From an uncultured Methanomassiliicoccus sp. (GTDB lineage Archaea > Thermoplasmatota > Thermoplasmata > Methanomassiliicoccales > Methanomassiliicoccaceae): 64,000 nucleotides of DNA. Each line of letters starts with the position of its first letter. Position 1 is the stretch's first letter. Below the pieces are notes generated by a model that was not told the origin of the DNA, made no database searches, and saw only the letters and a list, made by a program, of their open reading frames with translations. Positions 47,220 to 57,140 of the stretch are shown piece by piece. The translations under genes and the position numbers were made by a program. The DNA lies in assembly GCA_964426205.1 (NCBI GenBank), contig CAYRPG010000005.1, forward strand, positions 44,574 to 108,573. Direction: 5' to 3'.

Positions 47220-47242
47220 CGACGGGGTATATTGCGTTGAAC

Positions 47243-49015
47243 ATGCGAATCGCCGTACTGCTGAGAGACCATTGTCAACCGAAGAAGTGCAACTCGGAGT
47301 GCAGGAACTACTGCCCGAAGGTGCGCACCGGGGTGGAGGCTGTGGTCATCGGGGACGGCGGGAAGCCGATCATATCCGAGGAGCTCTGCGCGGGCTGCGG
47401 CATCTGCGTGCACAAGTGCCCGTTCGAGGCGATCAAGATCATCGGCCTGCCGGAGGAGCTGAAGTCGGACCTGATGCATCAGTACGGGAAGAACGGGTTC
47501 CGCATCTACCGCCTCCCGGTCCCCAAGAGGGGGCTGGTGACCGGTATCCTGGGTCCGAACGGTATCGGCAAGACCACGTCCATAAGGCTGCTGTCCGGCG
47601 AGGAGACCCCGAACTTCGGCAACTTTGACAACCCGCCCAGCAGGGACGAGGTCCTGGCGAGGCTGTCGGGGACCGAGCTCGGGGACTACCTGACCAAGGT
47701 GTACGCCGGTAACGTGCGGACAGCGCTCAAACCGCAGTACGTGGACAAGCTGCCCAGGGTCGTGAAGGGGGTCGTTAGGGACCTCCTCTCCAAGGTGGCG
47801 GAAAGGATGACCGTGGACCAAGCGGCCGAGCTGCTGGAACTGCAGGAGGTCATCGACCGTCCGCTGGACAAGCTGTCCGGGGGCGAGCTGCAGCGGGTGG
47901 CCATAGCCGCCTCGCTGATGAAGGACGCCGACACTTACTTCTTCGACGAACCTTCCTCATACCTTGACATCTATCAGCGCATCAAGGTCGCCAGGCTCAT
48001 CCAGCAGCTGGCCGAGGAGAAGCAGGTGGTCGTCATCGAGCATGACCTGGCCATACTGGACTTCCTTGCCGACAACGCCTACCTGGTCTATGGTTCCGAG
48101 GGCGCGTACGGTGTCTTCGCCCAGCCCCGCCAGGTGCGCATAGCCATCAACACCTACCTTGACGGCTACATGCGGGAGGAGAACATCCGCTTCCGGGACA
48201 CCCACATACGCTTCGAGTCCCACCCCCCGCGGGATAGCCAGGTCACGGCGCACCTGCTCGACTACCCCCGCCTGGAGTGTGACTACAAGGAGTTCAAGCT
48301 GACCGCCGAGGCAGGTACCATCAAGATCGGGGAGTCCATCGGCGTGGTCGGCCCGAACGCCATTGGGAAGACGACCTTCGTGAAGATGCTCGCAGGGATC
48401 CAGGAACCGACCGCGGGGAAGATCGACAAGAGCGTGAAGGTCTCGTACAAGCCGCAGTACATCGCACCGGACTTCGACGGCTCGGTGATGGAGCTGTTCA
48501 TGGTCACCAACCACGAGTTCTTCCAGTCCGGCTTCTTCGAGAGCGAGATCGCCCACCCGCTGGCGCTCAAGAGGCTCTACGAGAAGAACGTCAACACCCT
48601 ATCGGGCGGGGAGCTGCAGCGGGTGGCCATCGCCATCTGCCTGTCCAAGGAGGCGGACATGTACCTGCTCGACGAGCCGTCCGCGTACCTGGACTCGAAC
48701 CAGAGGATGGAGGCGGCGAAGACGGTGCGGAGGGTCATGGAGAAGAGGGGGCGCAGCGCGCTCATCGTCGACCACGACATCTACTTCCTGGACATGGTCT
48801 CCGATTCCATCATGGTGTTCTCCGGGGTTCCCGGCAAGGAGGGCCATGCCAACGGCCCGTTCGACATGCGTGCGGGCATGAACATGTTCCTGAAGGAGGT
48901 CGACGTGACCTTCAGACGGGACAACGATACCAACCGGCCGAGGATAAACAAGCCCGGCTCGAGGCTGGACCGGGAGCAGAAGGAGAGGGGCGAGTACTAT
49001 TACTCGCAGGCCTAG
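47243..49015 (+). CDS. abce1: ABCE1 (RNase L inhibitor-type ribosome recycling ATPase)
   Basis: N-terminal FeS domain (CQPKKCNSECRNYCP, CAGCGICVHKCP) and two ABC cassettes. The upstream 107-aa extension in the track ORF is not protein-like. Confidence 0.9.
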   Translation: MRIAVLLRDHCQPKKCNSECRNYCPKVRTGVEAVVIGDGGKPIISEELCAGCGICVHKCPFEAIKIIGLPEELKSDLMHQYGKNGFRIYRLPVPKRGLVTGILGPNGIGKTTSIRLLSGEETPNFGNFDNPPSRDEVLARLSGTELGDYLTKVYAGNVRTALKPQYVDKLPRVVKGVVRDLLSKVAERMTVDQAAELLELQEVIDRPLDKLSGGELQRVAIAASLMKDADTYFFDEPSSYLDIYQRIKVARLIQQLAEEKQVVVIEHDLAILDFLADNAYLVYGSEGAYGVFAQPRQVRIAINTYLDGYMREENIRFRDTHIRFESHPPRDSQVTAHLLDYPRLECDYKEFKLTAEAGTIKIGESIGVVGPNAIGKTTFVKMLAGIQEPTAGKIDKSVKVSYKPQYIAPDFDGSVMELFMVTNHEFFQSGFFESEIAHPLALKRLYEKNVNTLSGGELQRVAIAICLSKEADMYLLDEPSAYLDSNQRMEAAKTVRRVMEKRGRSALIVDHDIYFLDMVSDSIMVFSGVPGKEGHANGPFDMRAGMNMFLKEVDVTFRRDNDTNRPRINKPGSRLDREQKERGEYYYSQA

Positions 49016-49668
49016 GGCGAGCAGACCTTCTTCGAGGTCCTCCATTTCCACAGGTAGTAGATGGCGAACGCTGCGATGCCGATGACCACCACGTACTCGA
49101 ACGGGCGGTAGAGCGACTCCACGGTCTGCCAGTTCTCTCCAAGGATCACTCCCACATAGGCGAGGACGAGGCACCACGGCAGCGACCCGATGGTCGAGAG
49201 GAGCACGAAGCGCCTGAACGGCATGCGGGCGATGCCTGCCGGGAGAGAGATGAACGTCCTGATGACCGGCAGCAGCCTGGAGCCGAGGATCGCCCAGTCC
49301 CCGTACTTGTGGAACCAGCACTCCGTGAGGTTCAGGTGCTTCTCGTTAAGCCTGATATACCTGCCATACTTGATGACGAACGGACGGCCGCCCTTCAGAC
49401 CGATATAGTAAGCGATGACCGAGCCGAGGGTGCATCCCAGGGTACCGGCGAGAGCGACCAGCAGGGAGTCTGAGAGGGGATCTCCGATCAGTCCCAGCCT
49501 TCCGAGGGAAACGAGCGCGCCGGCGAAGGGCAGCACCACCTCGCTGGGGACGGGCAGGCACATGCTCTCCATGGTCATGAGCAGGACTATGCCGGGATAC
49601 CCAGTGGTCTGTATCAGGTCCATGATGAGCTGGACCGCCCAAGCGATCATCCCCCCGATAAGGTCCAT
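49012..49668 (-). CDS. DedA-family membrane protein
   Basis: Starts at MDLIGG. The LPVPSEVVLPFAG and RLLPVIRTFISLPAG motifs are typical of DedA/SNARE-associated proteins. Confidence 0.8.
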   Translation of the reverse strand: MDLIGGMIAWAVQLIMDLIQTTGYPGIVLLMTMESMCLPVPSEVVLPFAGALVSLGRLGLIGDPLSDSLLVALAGTLGCTLGSVIAYYIGLKGGRPFVIKYGRYIRLNEKHLNLTECWFHKYGDWAILGSRLLPVIRTFISLPAGIARMPFRRFVLLSTIGSLPWCLVLAYVGVILGENWQTVESLYRPFEYVVVIGIAAFAIYYLWKWRTSKKVCSP

Positions 49669-49766
49669 CGGGATGTCGAGCCGGTACACCGATATAAACC
49701 TTGGCGGTCTACGGAGCGGAAACAATAGATATAGCGAGCAGCGTAATCGAACTTCAAGGTTAGAAC

Positions 49767-50954
49767 ATGGACGCTGTCAGGGTGACCGATGGGATCTTCT
49801 GGGTAGGAGCGATCGACTGGAACGTGCGCAGCTTTCACGGGTACACGACGCCGCGGGGCTCGACGTACAACGCCTACCTCATCACCGGGGAGAAGAACAT
49901 TCTGATCGATACCGTCAAGCGGCCGTTCTTCGAGGAGATGCTGTCGCGCATCCGCAGCGTCATCGATCCGGCCAAGATCGACATCATCGTGTCCAACCAC
50001 ACCGAGATGGACCACTCGAGCAGCCTCCCCCTGATGCAGGAGCTGTGCGGGGCCACGGTGCTGGCGTCGCGCTTCGGGGTCGAAGGCCTCCGCCTGCACT
50101 TTCCGGAGCTGAGGACGGAGATGGTCGCCGACGGGCAGGAGATCAGGGCCGGGGGGAAGACTCTGAAGTTCATCGACACCCCGATGCTGCACTGGCCCGA
50201 CTCGATGTTCACCTACGTGGAGGAGGACAAGGTCCTGTTCAGCATGGACGCCTTCGGCCAGCACTTCGCCACCTCCAAGCGGTTCAACGACGAGGTCGAC
50301 CAGGACGCCCTGTTCCAGGAGGCGACCAAATACTATGCGAACATCATCCTCCCCTTCAACGCCCAGGTCCGGCAGACCATCAAGAAGGCCCAGGACATCG
50401 ACATCAAGATCCTGGCGACCGCTCATGGCGTGATATGGAGGACCGATCTGGACAAGATCCTGGGACTGTATACGGATTGGTCATCGGGCAGGACGGCGGA
50501 GAAGGCGGTGGTGGTCTATGACACCATGTGGAACAGCACCCGCAAGATGGCCGAGGAGATCGCCGAGGGCATCGCCTCCCAGGGAGTGGTGGTCCAGGTC
50601 CTGAAGCTCACCGACACCGACCGGAGCGTGGTCATGAGGGAGGTCCTCGACTCGAGAGCGGTGATAGTCGGCACGCCGACGCTCAACAACAACATGTACC
50701 CCTCGGTGGCGGACATGGTCTACTACATGAAGGGGCTGAGGCCCACCGGCAGGATCGGTGCGGTGTTCGGCTCCTACGGCTGGGGTGGCGGGGCGACGAA
50801 GGCGGTGCACGAGCTGATGAAGAGCAGCGGGTTCGAGATGCCGTTCGAGGACATGCAGGTCAGGTACATCCCCCACGAGGAGGAGCGCAGGAAGTGCCGC
50901 GAGCACGGGCAGATGATCGGCAGGAAGATCAAGGAAACGTCCAGCAAAGGCTGA
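49767..50954 (+). CDS. fprA: FprA-type flavodiiron protein (metallo-beta-lactamase plus flavodoxin domains)
   Basis: A HxExDH-type motif (NHTEMDHS) and a C-terminal flavodoxin fold (VVVYDTMWNSTRKMAE). Confidence 0.85.
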   Translation: MDAVRVTDGIFWVGAIDWNVRSFHGYTTPRGSTYNAYLITGEKNILIDTVKRPFFEEMLSRIRSVIDPAKIDIIVSNHTEMDHSSSLPLMQELCGATVLASRFGVEGLRLHFPELRTEMVADGQEIRAGGKTLKFIDTPMLHWPDSMFTYVEEDKVLFSMDAFGQHFATSKRFNDEVDQDALFQEATKYYANIILPFNAQVRQTIKKAQDIDIKILATAHGVIWRTDLDKILGLYTDWSSGRTAEKAVVVYDTMWNSTRKMAEEIAEGIASQGVVVQVLKLTDTDRSVVMREVLDSRAVIVGTPTLNNNMYPSVADMVYYMKGLRPTGRIGAVFGSYGWGGGATKAVHELMKSSGFEMPFEDMQVRYIPHEEERRKCREHGQMIGRKIKETSSKG

Positions 50955-51011
50955 GAGCGGCCCGCAGCACCATACACTAAAAAGAGAGGGTGGAAGAGGT
51001 TTCGGTCCCGC

Positions 51012-54000
51012 CTACATGTCCTTGCGCCTGAACGACAGAATGAACAGGACCATGAGGCCAGCCAGTATGATCGCTGCCACGAGCAGGACCGGCCACTCGA
51101 TGTCCGACGCGGACAGCTCGAAGCTTTGGCTCATCGATCGTGCGCCGGCCGTCACGCCCCCGCTCAGGGTCGCGACGCGGTACACCGCCGTTCCCTCCGG
51201 GGCTCCGTCATCGGTGAAGCTCCTGGCATCGCTGCCGTTCACGACCGCGATCAACACGAACTCGCCTCCCTCGACCTGCCGGTAGATCGCAAAGCCGGTC
51301 GCCGGTGCGGTCGTGGAGTTGGGGCTCGGCATCTCCCAGGTGATGATCGCTCCCTCGCCGCCCCTTGTGACCTTCAGGTTGGTCGGGGCGGGGGGCGGGA
51401 ACAGGGCGGTCGCCGATATCTCGGCCGGCGCACCTTCGCCTCCAGCGTTCACCGCGACGATGCGGTACCTGTAGCTCTCGCCCCCCATGACTCCAGTATC
51501 GTTGTAGCCGTTGGAGAGCACCACTGCGAGCCAGGTCATCGAACCCTCGGCACTGCCGCGATAGACGTTGTAACCGCTGACAGGCGCACCGCCGTCGTCA
51601 GGTGAGCTCCAGCTGAGAGCGACGTAGCCGACGCCCGCGTTCGCTTCCAGGCCCGAGGGGGCGTCCGGGGCGCGGAATGGGATCGCCGGGACCGCGTCGC
51701 TCATGATGCCCTCACCGACCTGGCTGATGGCCGAGACAGAGTAGTAGTAGGCCTGGCCGTTGACCGCCGATGTGTCGTTGAAGTACGCCATGGTGCCGAC
51801 GGTCTTGAGGAGGGCCATCGATCCGGCGCCCGTTCCGCGGTAGATGTTGTAGCCGGTGATCGGCGCGTCCGATGAGGGAACCGTCCACGAGATATTAGCC
51901 CAGGCATTGCCGGCGGACACGCCGATCGTTGCGGCCGAGGGGGCCGCCAAGGTCCTTGCCTGCATCTCCTCGCTTCCCACTCCATCCCCGGCCAGGTTGT
52001 AGGCGACGACGCTCAAGACATAGGTGAGATCGTTGCTCAGCCCACCGATGACAAAGCGGTACGTGAGGCCAGCATCGAACTGTGCGGAGTACGAGTTGCC
52101 AGCGCTCCTGATGAGCACCTTGTAACCCAGGACCGCTGATCCGTTGTCGTTCGATGGAGCGGACCAGGTGACGGTCACGTTCTTCGTCCCTCCCGCCAAG
52201 GCAACGTCCCTTGGTGCCGAGGGGGCGTTGTACGGCACAGCTTTGACCTCTACCGAGCGCTCGCCCTCATAGGCGGCATTGAAGGCCGACACCTGGTAGC
52301 TGTACTGCACACCGGCGACCACATGAACGTCATCGTAGGCCAGGTCCGTACCGGACAGCTCGGCGATCAGTGCGGGTGCCCCGCCGGAGGTCGAGCGGTA
52401 CACGCGGTAGCCGATGGCCGCGTTGCCGTCATCCGCCGGCGCGCCCCATGTAAGGTGGATTTCGCTGATATCTGGCGCAGCCACAACGTTCGACGGGGCG
52501 CTCGGCCAATATATCGTGGAGCTGCCGACCGGCGCGCAGACGGAGCCCTCGCCCGCCCAGTTGGACGCCGAGACGCTGTAGTAATACATCGTGCCGACAA
52601 TGACATCGATATCGGCGTACGAGGTCTGGTTGCCTATGGTAGCAAGGAGCGTCATGCTCTCAGGGGTGAGGCCGCGGTAGATCAGGTAGTGCTGCACACC
52701 GCCGCCCATGTCCGCAGGCGCTGTCCATTCGAGGTGGACGATCTCGCGCCCTCCCTCCACCTTGAGATCGGACGGGACATCGGGCACGTGGCACGGAACG
52801 CAGGTGAGCATGGGCCCATGGCCGCTGCTACCGAGCTCGTTCAGCGCGATCACGAAATAAGTATAGGAGTGCCCGTTGACCACCGAGGTATCGTTGAACT
52901 CGAGCACGGAGGTAGTGGATATCAGCATGGTCTTCGTGCTCCAGTCGATCACATCTCCCTCCAGCCGATACAGCTCATAGGCGGTGATGGTCCGCCCGCC
53001 GTTGTTCGCGACGGGAAGCCAGGACACGTTGACGTACGAATCGCCAGCTTTTGCGGGAAGCAGAACGGGCTCGGACGGCGTAGTCCCCGGCGAGCCCTCG
53101 ATTATGCCGGATAGGGAGCTGGACAGATCGGAGCTGTAGGCGAGCACCGCATAGTAGTACACATTGCCGTTGGTGAGCCCGGCATCGCTGTATTCGAAGC
53201 TCAGCCCAGCGTCGTACAGGAAGGCCATCGCCGACGGGGAAGTGCCGCGATAGATATGGTACCCGGCGATGGAGGGACGGCCCTCGAACCCGGGAGCTTC
53301 CCATGTAAGGTGAACCGTTCCGTCCCCGGGCTCTGCGCTCACCATGGTCGGAGCGCCGGGCGGGGCGTAGGACGAAGCGCTTGCTGCGCCAGAGAATTCG
53401 CCGGCCCCCATCGAACTGCCGGCGAACAACTTGTAGAACCAGGTCTTGTTCTGGCCCACCATGTCCACGTATCTTGTTGTGCTGCCGTCCAGCTCGATCA
53501 ACAGGGTGTACTGACCGTCCGTGGTGGCGCACCGGTACAGGTAATATCCGGTGATCCCTCCGCCGGTATAGGACGGTTGTTCCCACGTCAGGGTGATGTT
53601 GTTGAGACCTCCTACGGCGGTCAGGTCCTGTGGCTCGCTCGGCGGGTTGCCGCACTTGCCGGATACGGTAGCTGGAGCACCCTCGCCGATGCTGTCGGTG
53701 GCCGTTACCCTGTAGTAGTATGTCACACCGTCCTGCAGCCCCTGGTCGAAGAAGCCGGTCCTGTTGGTCGGGACGTCCGAAAGGAAGGTCATGCTGTCGA
53801 GGGATGTGCCCCTGTAGATCGTGTACTTGGTGAGGTCACTGGGATCGTAGCCTGAAGGGGGACCCCAGAACACATTGATCTTGCCCGGACCGTTGTTGTA
53901 ATGGCCGAGGTTCATCACCGGCCCCGGTCCCGCTGATGTCGTGGCGCTTGCTGGGGTACCGGCCGGCCCGGTCCCGATGGCGTTCACCGCGGCGACGGTC

Positions 54001-55481
54001 ACATGGTACTGTGTGCCATCGTCGAGGCCGCCCAGCATGATCGAGAGGCCGCCCTCGTGATGGTCGACATCATCTGCGGAGCAGGTCCGGTTCCAGGTGT
54101 ACGGTCCGGGAGAGGTCCCCCAGTAGATCACATAGCCAGTAATGTCGGAGGTGCCCGGCGCGTCCCAGCTTACGACAAGACCGCCCTTGCCGAGCGCAGA
54201 GGCTGTGATATTGAGGGGCTCGGAAGGAGATGAGCATCTCACCTCCACTGTGTCAGAGCGCACACTCTCGACATTATCTTCGTTCCAGGCCGATATCTCG
54301 TACTGGTAGGTGCACCCTTCCTGGACATCGGTGTCGTTGAAGTAAAGGTCGCCCTCGGTGTACCACAGCCATGTCCAACCATCCCCTGCGGTCACGTTGT
54401 TCCTGTAGATGTCGTACCACACGATGGGGGAGCTGCCGTCATCGACCGGTATCTCCCAGGTAAGCTTGACCTCACCGGGCACGGCGGCCCCCTGGAGGTT
54501 GCGTGGTGCATTGGGGGGTGCGATGTACTTTATTGACACCTCGCTGCCCCGGCCGCTCTCGCCCAGGGAGTTCACCGCGGCGACCTGGTAGTAATACGTC
54601 TCACCGACCGTCACCGCACGGTCGACGTAGCTGAGGTTCGTCCCGCCGGTACTGCCGATCAGGAGCTCATCGCCGGAGACCGTGGACCGGTAGATCCTGT
54701 AATCGGTTATGGCCGAACCGCCGTCCCCAGAGGGCGCCGACCAGGTCAGGGTCATGTTGTCGACCCCTGGAGCGCATTGGAGGTTCTGGGTGACACCCGG
54801 TTTACCGGCCGGCAGGGTGACCGTGATCTCGTTCGTGAGAGCGCTGTTGTAACCGTTGTACGCTGCCAAGGCATAATAATAGGTCTGTCCCCCGGCCACC
54901 GAGTCGTCCAGATAGGACAGGGAAGACCCCGGGAGCGAGGCGATCTGCGTCAGGGCGCCTGATACGGTCCCCCTGTGGACAGTGTAGTTCGCGATGCTTG
55001 CCCCGCCGTCATCGGCTGGAGCCGACCAGCTCAGAGCGACATTGCCATTGGAGACCGATGCCTGGAGGTTCGTCGGGGTTCCAGGATGATCGACCGTGGT
55101 TACGGGAGCCGACCATTCCGAGTAAGTGTATGATCCTCCGTAATCAGCGCAGATCTGGAAGTATAGGGTGTAGCCAGGGGGAAGCGGGGTGGAAAAGTCG
55201 GGGCTTCCACTCGTCGTGACGTGAGAGGTCGTTCCTCCGACCGTGGTCGGGAATCCAGATATCTGGATCGAGCCGTTCACGGTGCTCCAGTAGACATAAT
55301 ACTGCGACGGGGAGCCGGAAGCCGGGCTCCAACTGACATCTATGTACCCGACGCCCCCAACGCCAACAGGGGTCCCTGGAGCACTTCCCGTGGCCCCGGC
55401 CTCCGCCCCCTCGTACAAGAACGTCATTCCAGTCAAAAGCAGTGCAGCAGTCAGCAGAATCGTCGCGAGCTTCCTCATCAT
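51012..55481 (-). CDS. giant cell-surface protein: signal peptide, about 15 fibronectin type III-like repeats, C-terminal TM anchor
   Basis: Starts at MMRKLATILLTAALLL. Repeats of about 95 aa share the pattern P..P.NL.A..G.g.V.LSW..P..DGGS.I..Y.IYRG......Y.D..V..G..YYY.V.A.N..GEG. Ends in a hydrophobic helix followed by RRKDM. Confidence 0.8.
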   Translation of the reverse strand: MMRKLATILLTAALLLTGMTFLYEGAEAGATGSAPGTPVGVGGVGYIDVSWSPASGSPSQYYVYWSTVNGSIQISGFPTTVGGTTSHVTTSGSPDFSTPLPPGYTLYFQICADYGGSYTYSEWSAPVTTVDHPGTPTNLQASVSNGNVALSWSAPADDGGASIANYTVHRGTVSGALTQIASLPGSSLSYLDDSVAGGQTYYYALAAYNGYNSALTNEITVTLPAGKPGVTQNLQCAPGVDNMTLTWSAPSGDGGSAITDYRIYRSTVSGDELLIGSTGGTNLSYVDRAVTVGETYYYQVAAVNSLGESGRGSEVSIKYIAPPNAPRNLQGAAVPGEVKLTWEIPVDDGSSPIVWYDIYRNNVTAGDGWTWLWYTEGDLYFNDTDVQEGCTYQYEISAWNEDNVESVRSDTVEVRCSSPSEPLNITASALGKGGLVVSWDAPGTSDITGYVIYWGTSPGPYTWNRTCSADDVDHHEGGLSIMLGGLDDGTQYHVTVAAVNAIGTGPAGTPASATTSAGPGPVMNLGHYNNGPGKINVFWGPPSGYDPSDLTKYTIYRGTSLDSMTFLSDVPTNRTGFFDQGLQDGVTYYYRVTATDSIGEGAPATVSGKCGNPPSEPQDLTAVGGLNNITLTWEQPSYTGGGITGYYLYRCATTDGQYTLLIELDGSTTRYVDMVGQNKTWFYKLFAGSSMGAGEFSGAASASSYAPPGAPTMVSAEPGDGTVHLTWEAPGFEGRPSIAGYHIYRGTSPSAMAFLYDAGLSFEYSDAGLTNGNVYYYAVLAYSSDLSSSLSGIIEGSPGTTPSEPVLLPAKAGDSYVNVSWLPVANNGGRTITAYELYRLEGDVIDWSTKTMLISTTSVLEFNDTSVVNGHSYTYFVIALNELGSSGHGPMLTCVPCHVPDVPSDLKVEGGREIVHLEWTAPADMGGGVQHYLIYRGLTPESMTLLATIGNQTSYADIDVIVGTMYYYSVSASNWAGEGSVCAPVGSSTIYWPSAPSNVVAAPDISEIHLTWGAPADDGNAAIGYRVYRSTSGGAPALIAELSGTDLAYDDVHVVAGVQYSYQVSAFNAAYEGERSVEVKAVPYNAPSAPRDVALAGGTKNVTVTWSAPSNDNGSAVLGYKVLIRSAGNSYSAQFDAGLTYRFVIGGLSNDLTYVLSVVAYNLAGDGVGSEEMQARTLAAPSAATIGVSAGNAWANISWTVPSSDAPITGYNIYRGTGAGSMALLKTVGTMAYFNDTSAVNGQAYYYSVSAISQVGEGIMSDAVPAIPFRAPDAPSGLEANAGVGYVALSWSSPDDGGAPVSGYNVYRGSAEGSMTWLAVVLSNGYNDTGVMGGESYRYRIVAVNAGGEGAPAEISATALFPPPAPTNLKVTRGGEGAIITWEMPSPNSTTAPATGFAIYRQVEGGEFVLIAVVNGSDARSFTDDGAPEGTAVYRVATLSGGVTAGARSMSQSFELSASDIEWPVLLVAAIILAGLMVLFILSFRRKDM

Positions 55482-55719
55482 CAGATTTCCTCTGTGGCAG
55501 ACCAGTGGCAGGTTGTCCGCTCGCACGATGCTCAGAGCATCTTTGACCAGACAAGGACGAACGGCCCACCGTTCAAAAAAATACACTCTTTTTAATACCG
55601 GAGTTTATAACTATTTGTCTTGATAGTGAGATTGGAAAAACCTGGAGCAACGGCCGATGGCCCATAGGCGAACCTCAGAAGGCTTGACGAGGCACCCTTA
55701 GGAGCAAGAAGGGATCGAT

Positions 55720-55760
55720 AAAGAAAAGAGGGCGCACGGTGCCGGCCCATGGGCGGCACC
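55720..55760 (-). terminator. hairpin GGTGCCG-N9-CGGCACC followed (minus strand) by CTCTTTTCTTT downstream of metK
   Basis: Read directly from the sequence; the stem arms are 55738-55744 and 55754-55760. Confidence 0.35.
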
Positions 55761-55787
55761 CTTGCACCGTTGTTGAGGTCCCTGACC

Positions 55788-57062
55788 TCAGGCCGAGGCC
55801 TTGGCGCCGTTACCGGCCTTGGCCCTGGTCTTGGCCTTGCTCTTCGCAGCGGTCTTCACCCCGGCCGCCTTGAGGAGCGCGTCGACCTTGTCCACCTTCT
55901 CCCAGGTGAACTCCGGCTCGTTGCGCCCGAAGTGGCCGTAGGCGGAGGTCTTCGTGTAGATCGGGCGGCGGAGGTTCAGGGCATCCATGATGCCGTCGGG
56001 AGAGAGGTCAAAGACCTTCACCACGGCCTCGGCGATCTTGTCCTCGGGGATCGTCGCGGTACCCTTTGCGTCCACCATGACCGATACCGGCTGGACGACG
56101 CCGATGGCGTAGGCCACCTGCACCTCCGCGGTCTTGGCGAGGCCTGCGGCCACGATGTTCTTGGCGATGTACCGGCACATGTAGGCGGCCGAGCGGTCCA
56201 CCTTGGTGGGGTCCTTGCCTGAGAACGCCCCGCCCCCATGACGGCCCATGCCCCCGTAGGTGTCCACGATGATCTTGCGCCCCGTCACGCCGGAGTCCCC
56301 GCAGGGCCCGCCGATGACGAACCTGCCAGTGGGGTTTATGAAGTACTTAGTCTTGGAGTCGAGCCACTTGCCGCATACCGGCTTGATGACCTTGTCCTTG
56401 ATGGCCTTCTCGATGAGGGCGTGGACCTTCTCATCCTCGGTCTCGCCCTCGATCTCCGGAGCGTGCTGCGTGGACACGACGACGGTGTCGATCCTCTTCG
56501 GCCTGCCGTCCTCGTACTCCACCGTGACCTGGGTCTTCCCGTCCGGGCGCAGCCAGGGCAGGGTCCCGTCCTTCCTGAGCTTGGCGAGCTGCATTGCCAG
56601 TTTCTGGGCCATCAGGATGGGCATGGGCATGAGCTCGGGGGTCTCGTCGGTCGCATACCCGAACATCAACCCCTGGTCCCCGGCACCGGTGGCCAACTTC
56701 TTTCCCTTCTTCTTCCGGCACACGCCCATGTCGATGTCGGCGGACTGGTCGTGAAGGGACGAGAGGACGCATATGTGGTCCGCATCGAACCCGTACTCAG
56801 GGTGATCGTACCCGATATCCCTTACCGCCTGGCGGATGATCTTGTCAGCGTCGACGTGAACGTTCAGGCAGGAATCGGTCTTGACCTCTCCCGCGACGAT
56901 CACCATGCCGGTCGTCGCCATAGTCTCTATCGCGATGTGCGCATGGGGGTCCTGGGCGAGATAGGCATCGAGAATGGAATCGGAAATACGGTCGCATAGC
57001 TTGTCAGGGTGACCCTCGGTCACGGATTCTGATGTGAACAGGTGGGATACCATCATGACCAC
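55788..57062 (-). CDS. metK: S-adenosylmethionine synthetase of the bacterial/eukaryotic MetK type, with a Lys/Ala-rich C-terminal tail
   Basis: [20 protein letters not shown] and [12 protein letters not shown] motifs. It ends with ...[22 protein letters not shown]. Confidence 0.9.
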   Translation of the reverse strand: MVMMVSHLFTSESVTEGHPDKLCDRISDSILDAYLAQDPHAHIAIETMATTGMVIVAGEVKTDSCLNVHVDADKIIRQAVRDIGYDHPEYGFDADHICVLSSLHDQSADIDMGVCRKKKGKKLATGAGDQGLMFGYATDETPELMPMPILMAQKLAMQLAKLRKDGTLPWLRPDGKTQVTVEYEDGRPKRIDTVVVSTQHAPEIEGETEDEKVHALIEKAIKDKVIKPVCGKWLDSKTKYFINPTGRFVIGGPCGDSGVTGRKIIVDTYGGMGRHGGGAFSGKDPTKVDRSAAYMCRYIAKNIVAAGLAKTAEVQVAYAIGVVQPVSVMVDAKGTATIPEDKIAEAVVKVFDLSPDGIMDALNLRRPIYTKTSAYGHFGRNEPEFTWEKVDKVDALLKAAGVKTAAKSKAKTRAKAGNGAKASA

Positions 57063-57140
57063 TTTGTTGGGCTAAATCCCAGAAGGGTATATATATTTTA
57101 ACGCATCATTTCGTGTATAATATTATAACTGCTGGTAATA

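Noticed and set aside
46922-47242. 107-codon upstream extension of the abce1 ORF, and the 164-aa minus ORF 46685-47179
   Set aside because: ABCE1 homology begins exactly at MRIAVLL (47243). The extension and the antisense ORF are Ser/Arg/Pro/Gly-rich, with no motif. I treat the region as a candidate RNA instead.
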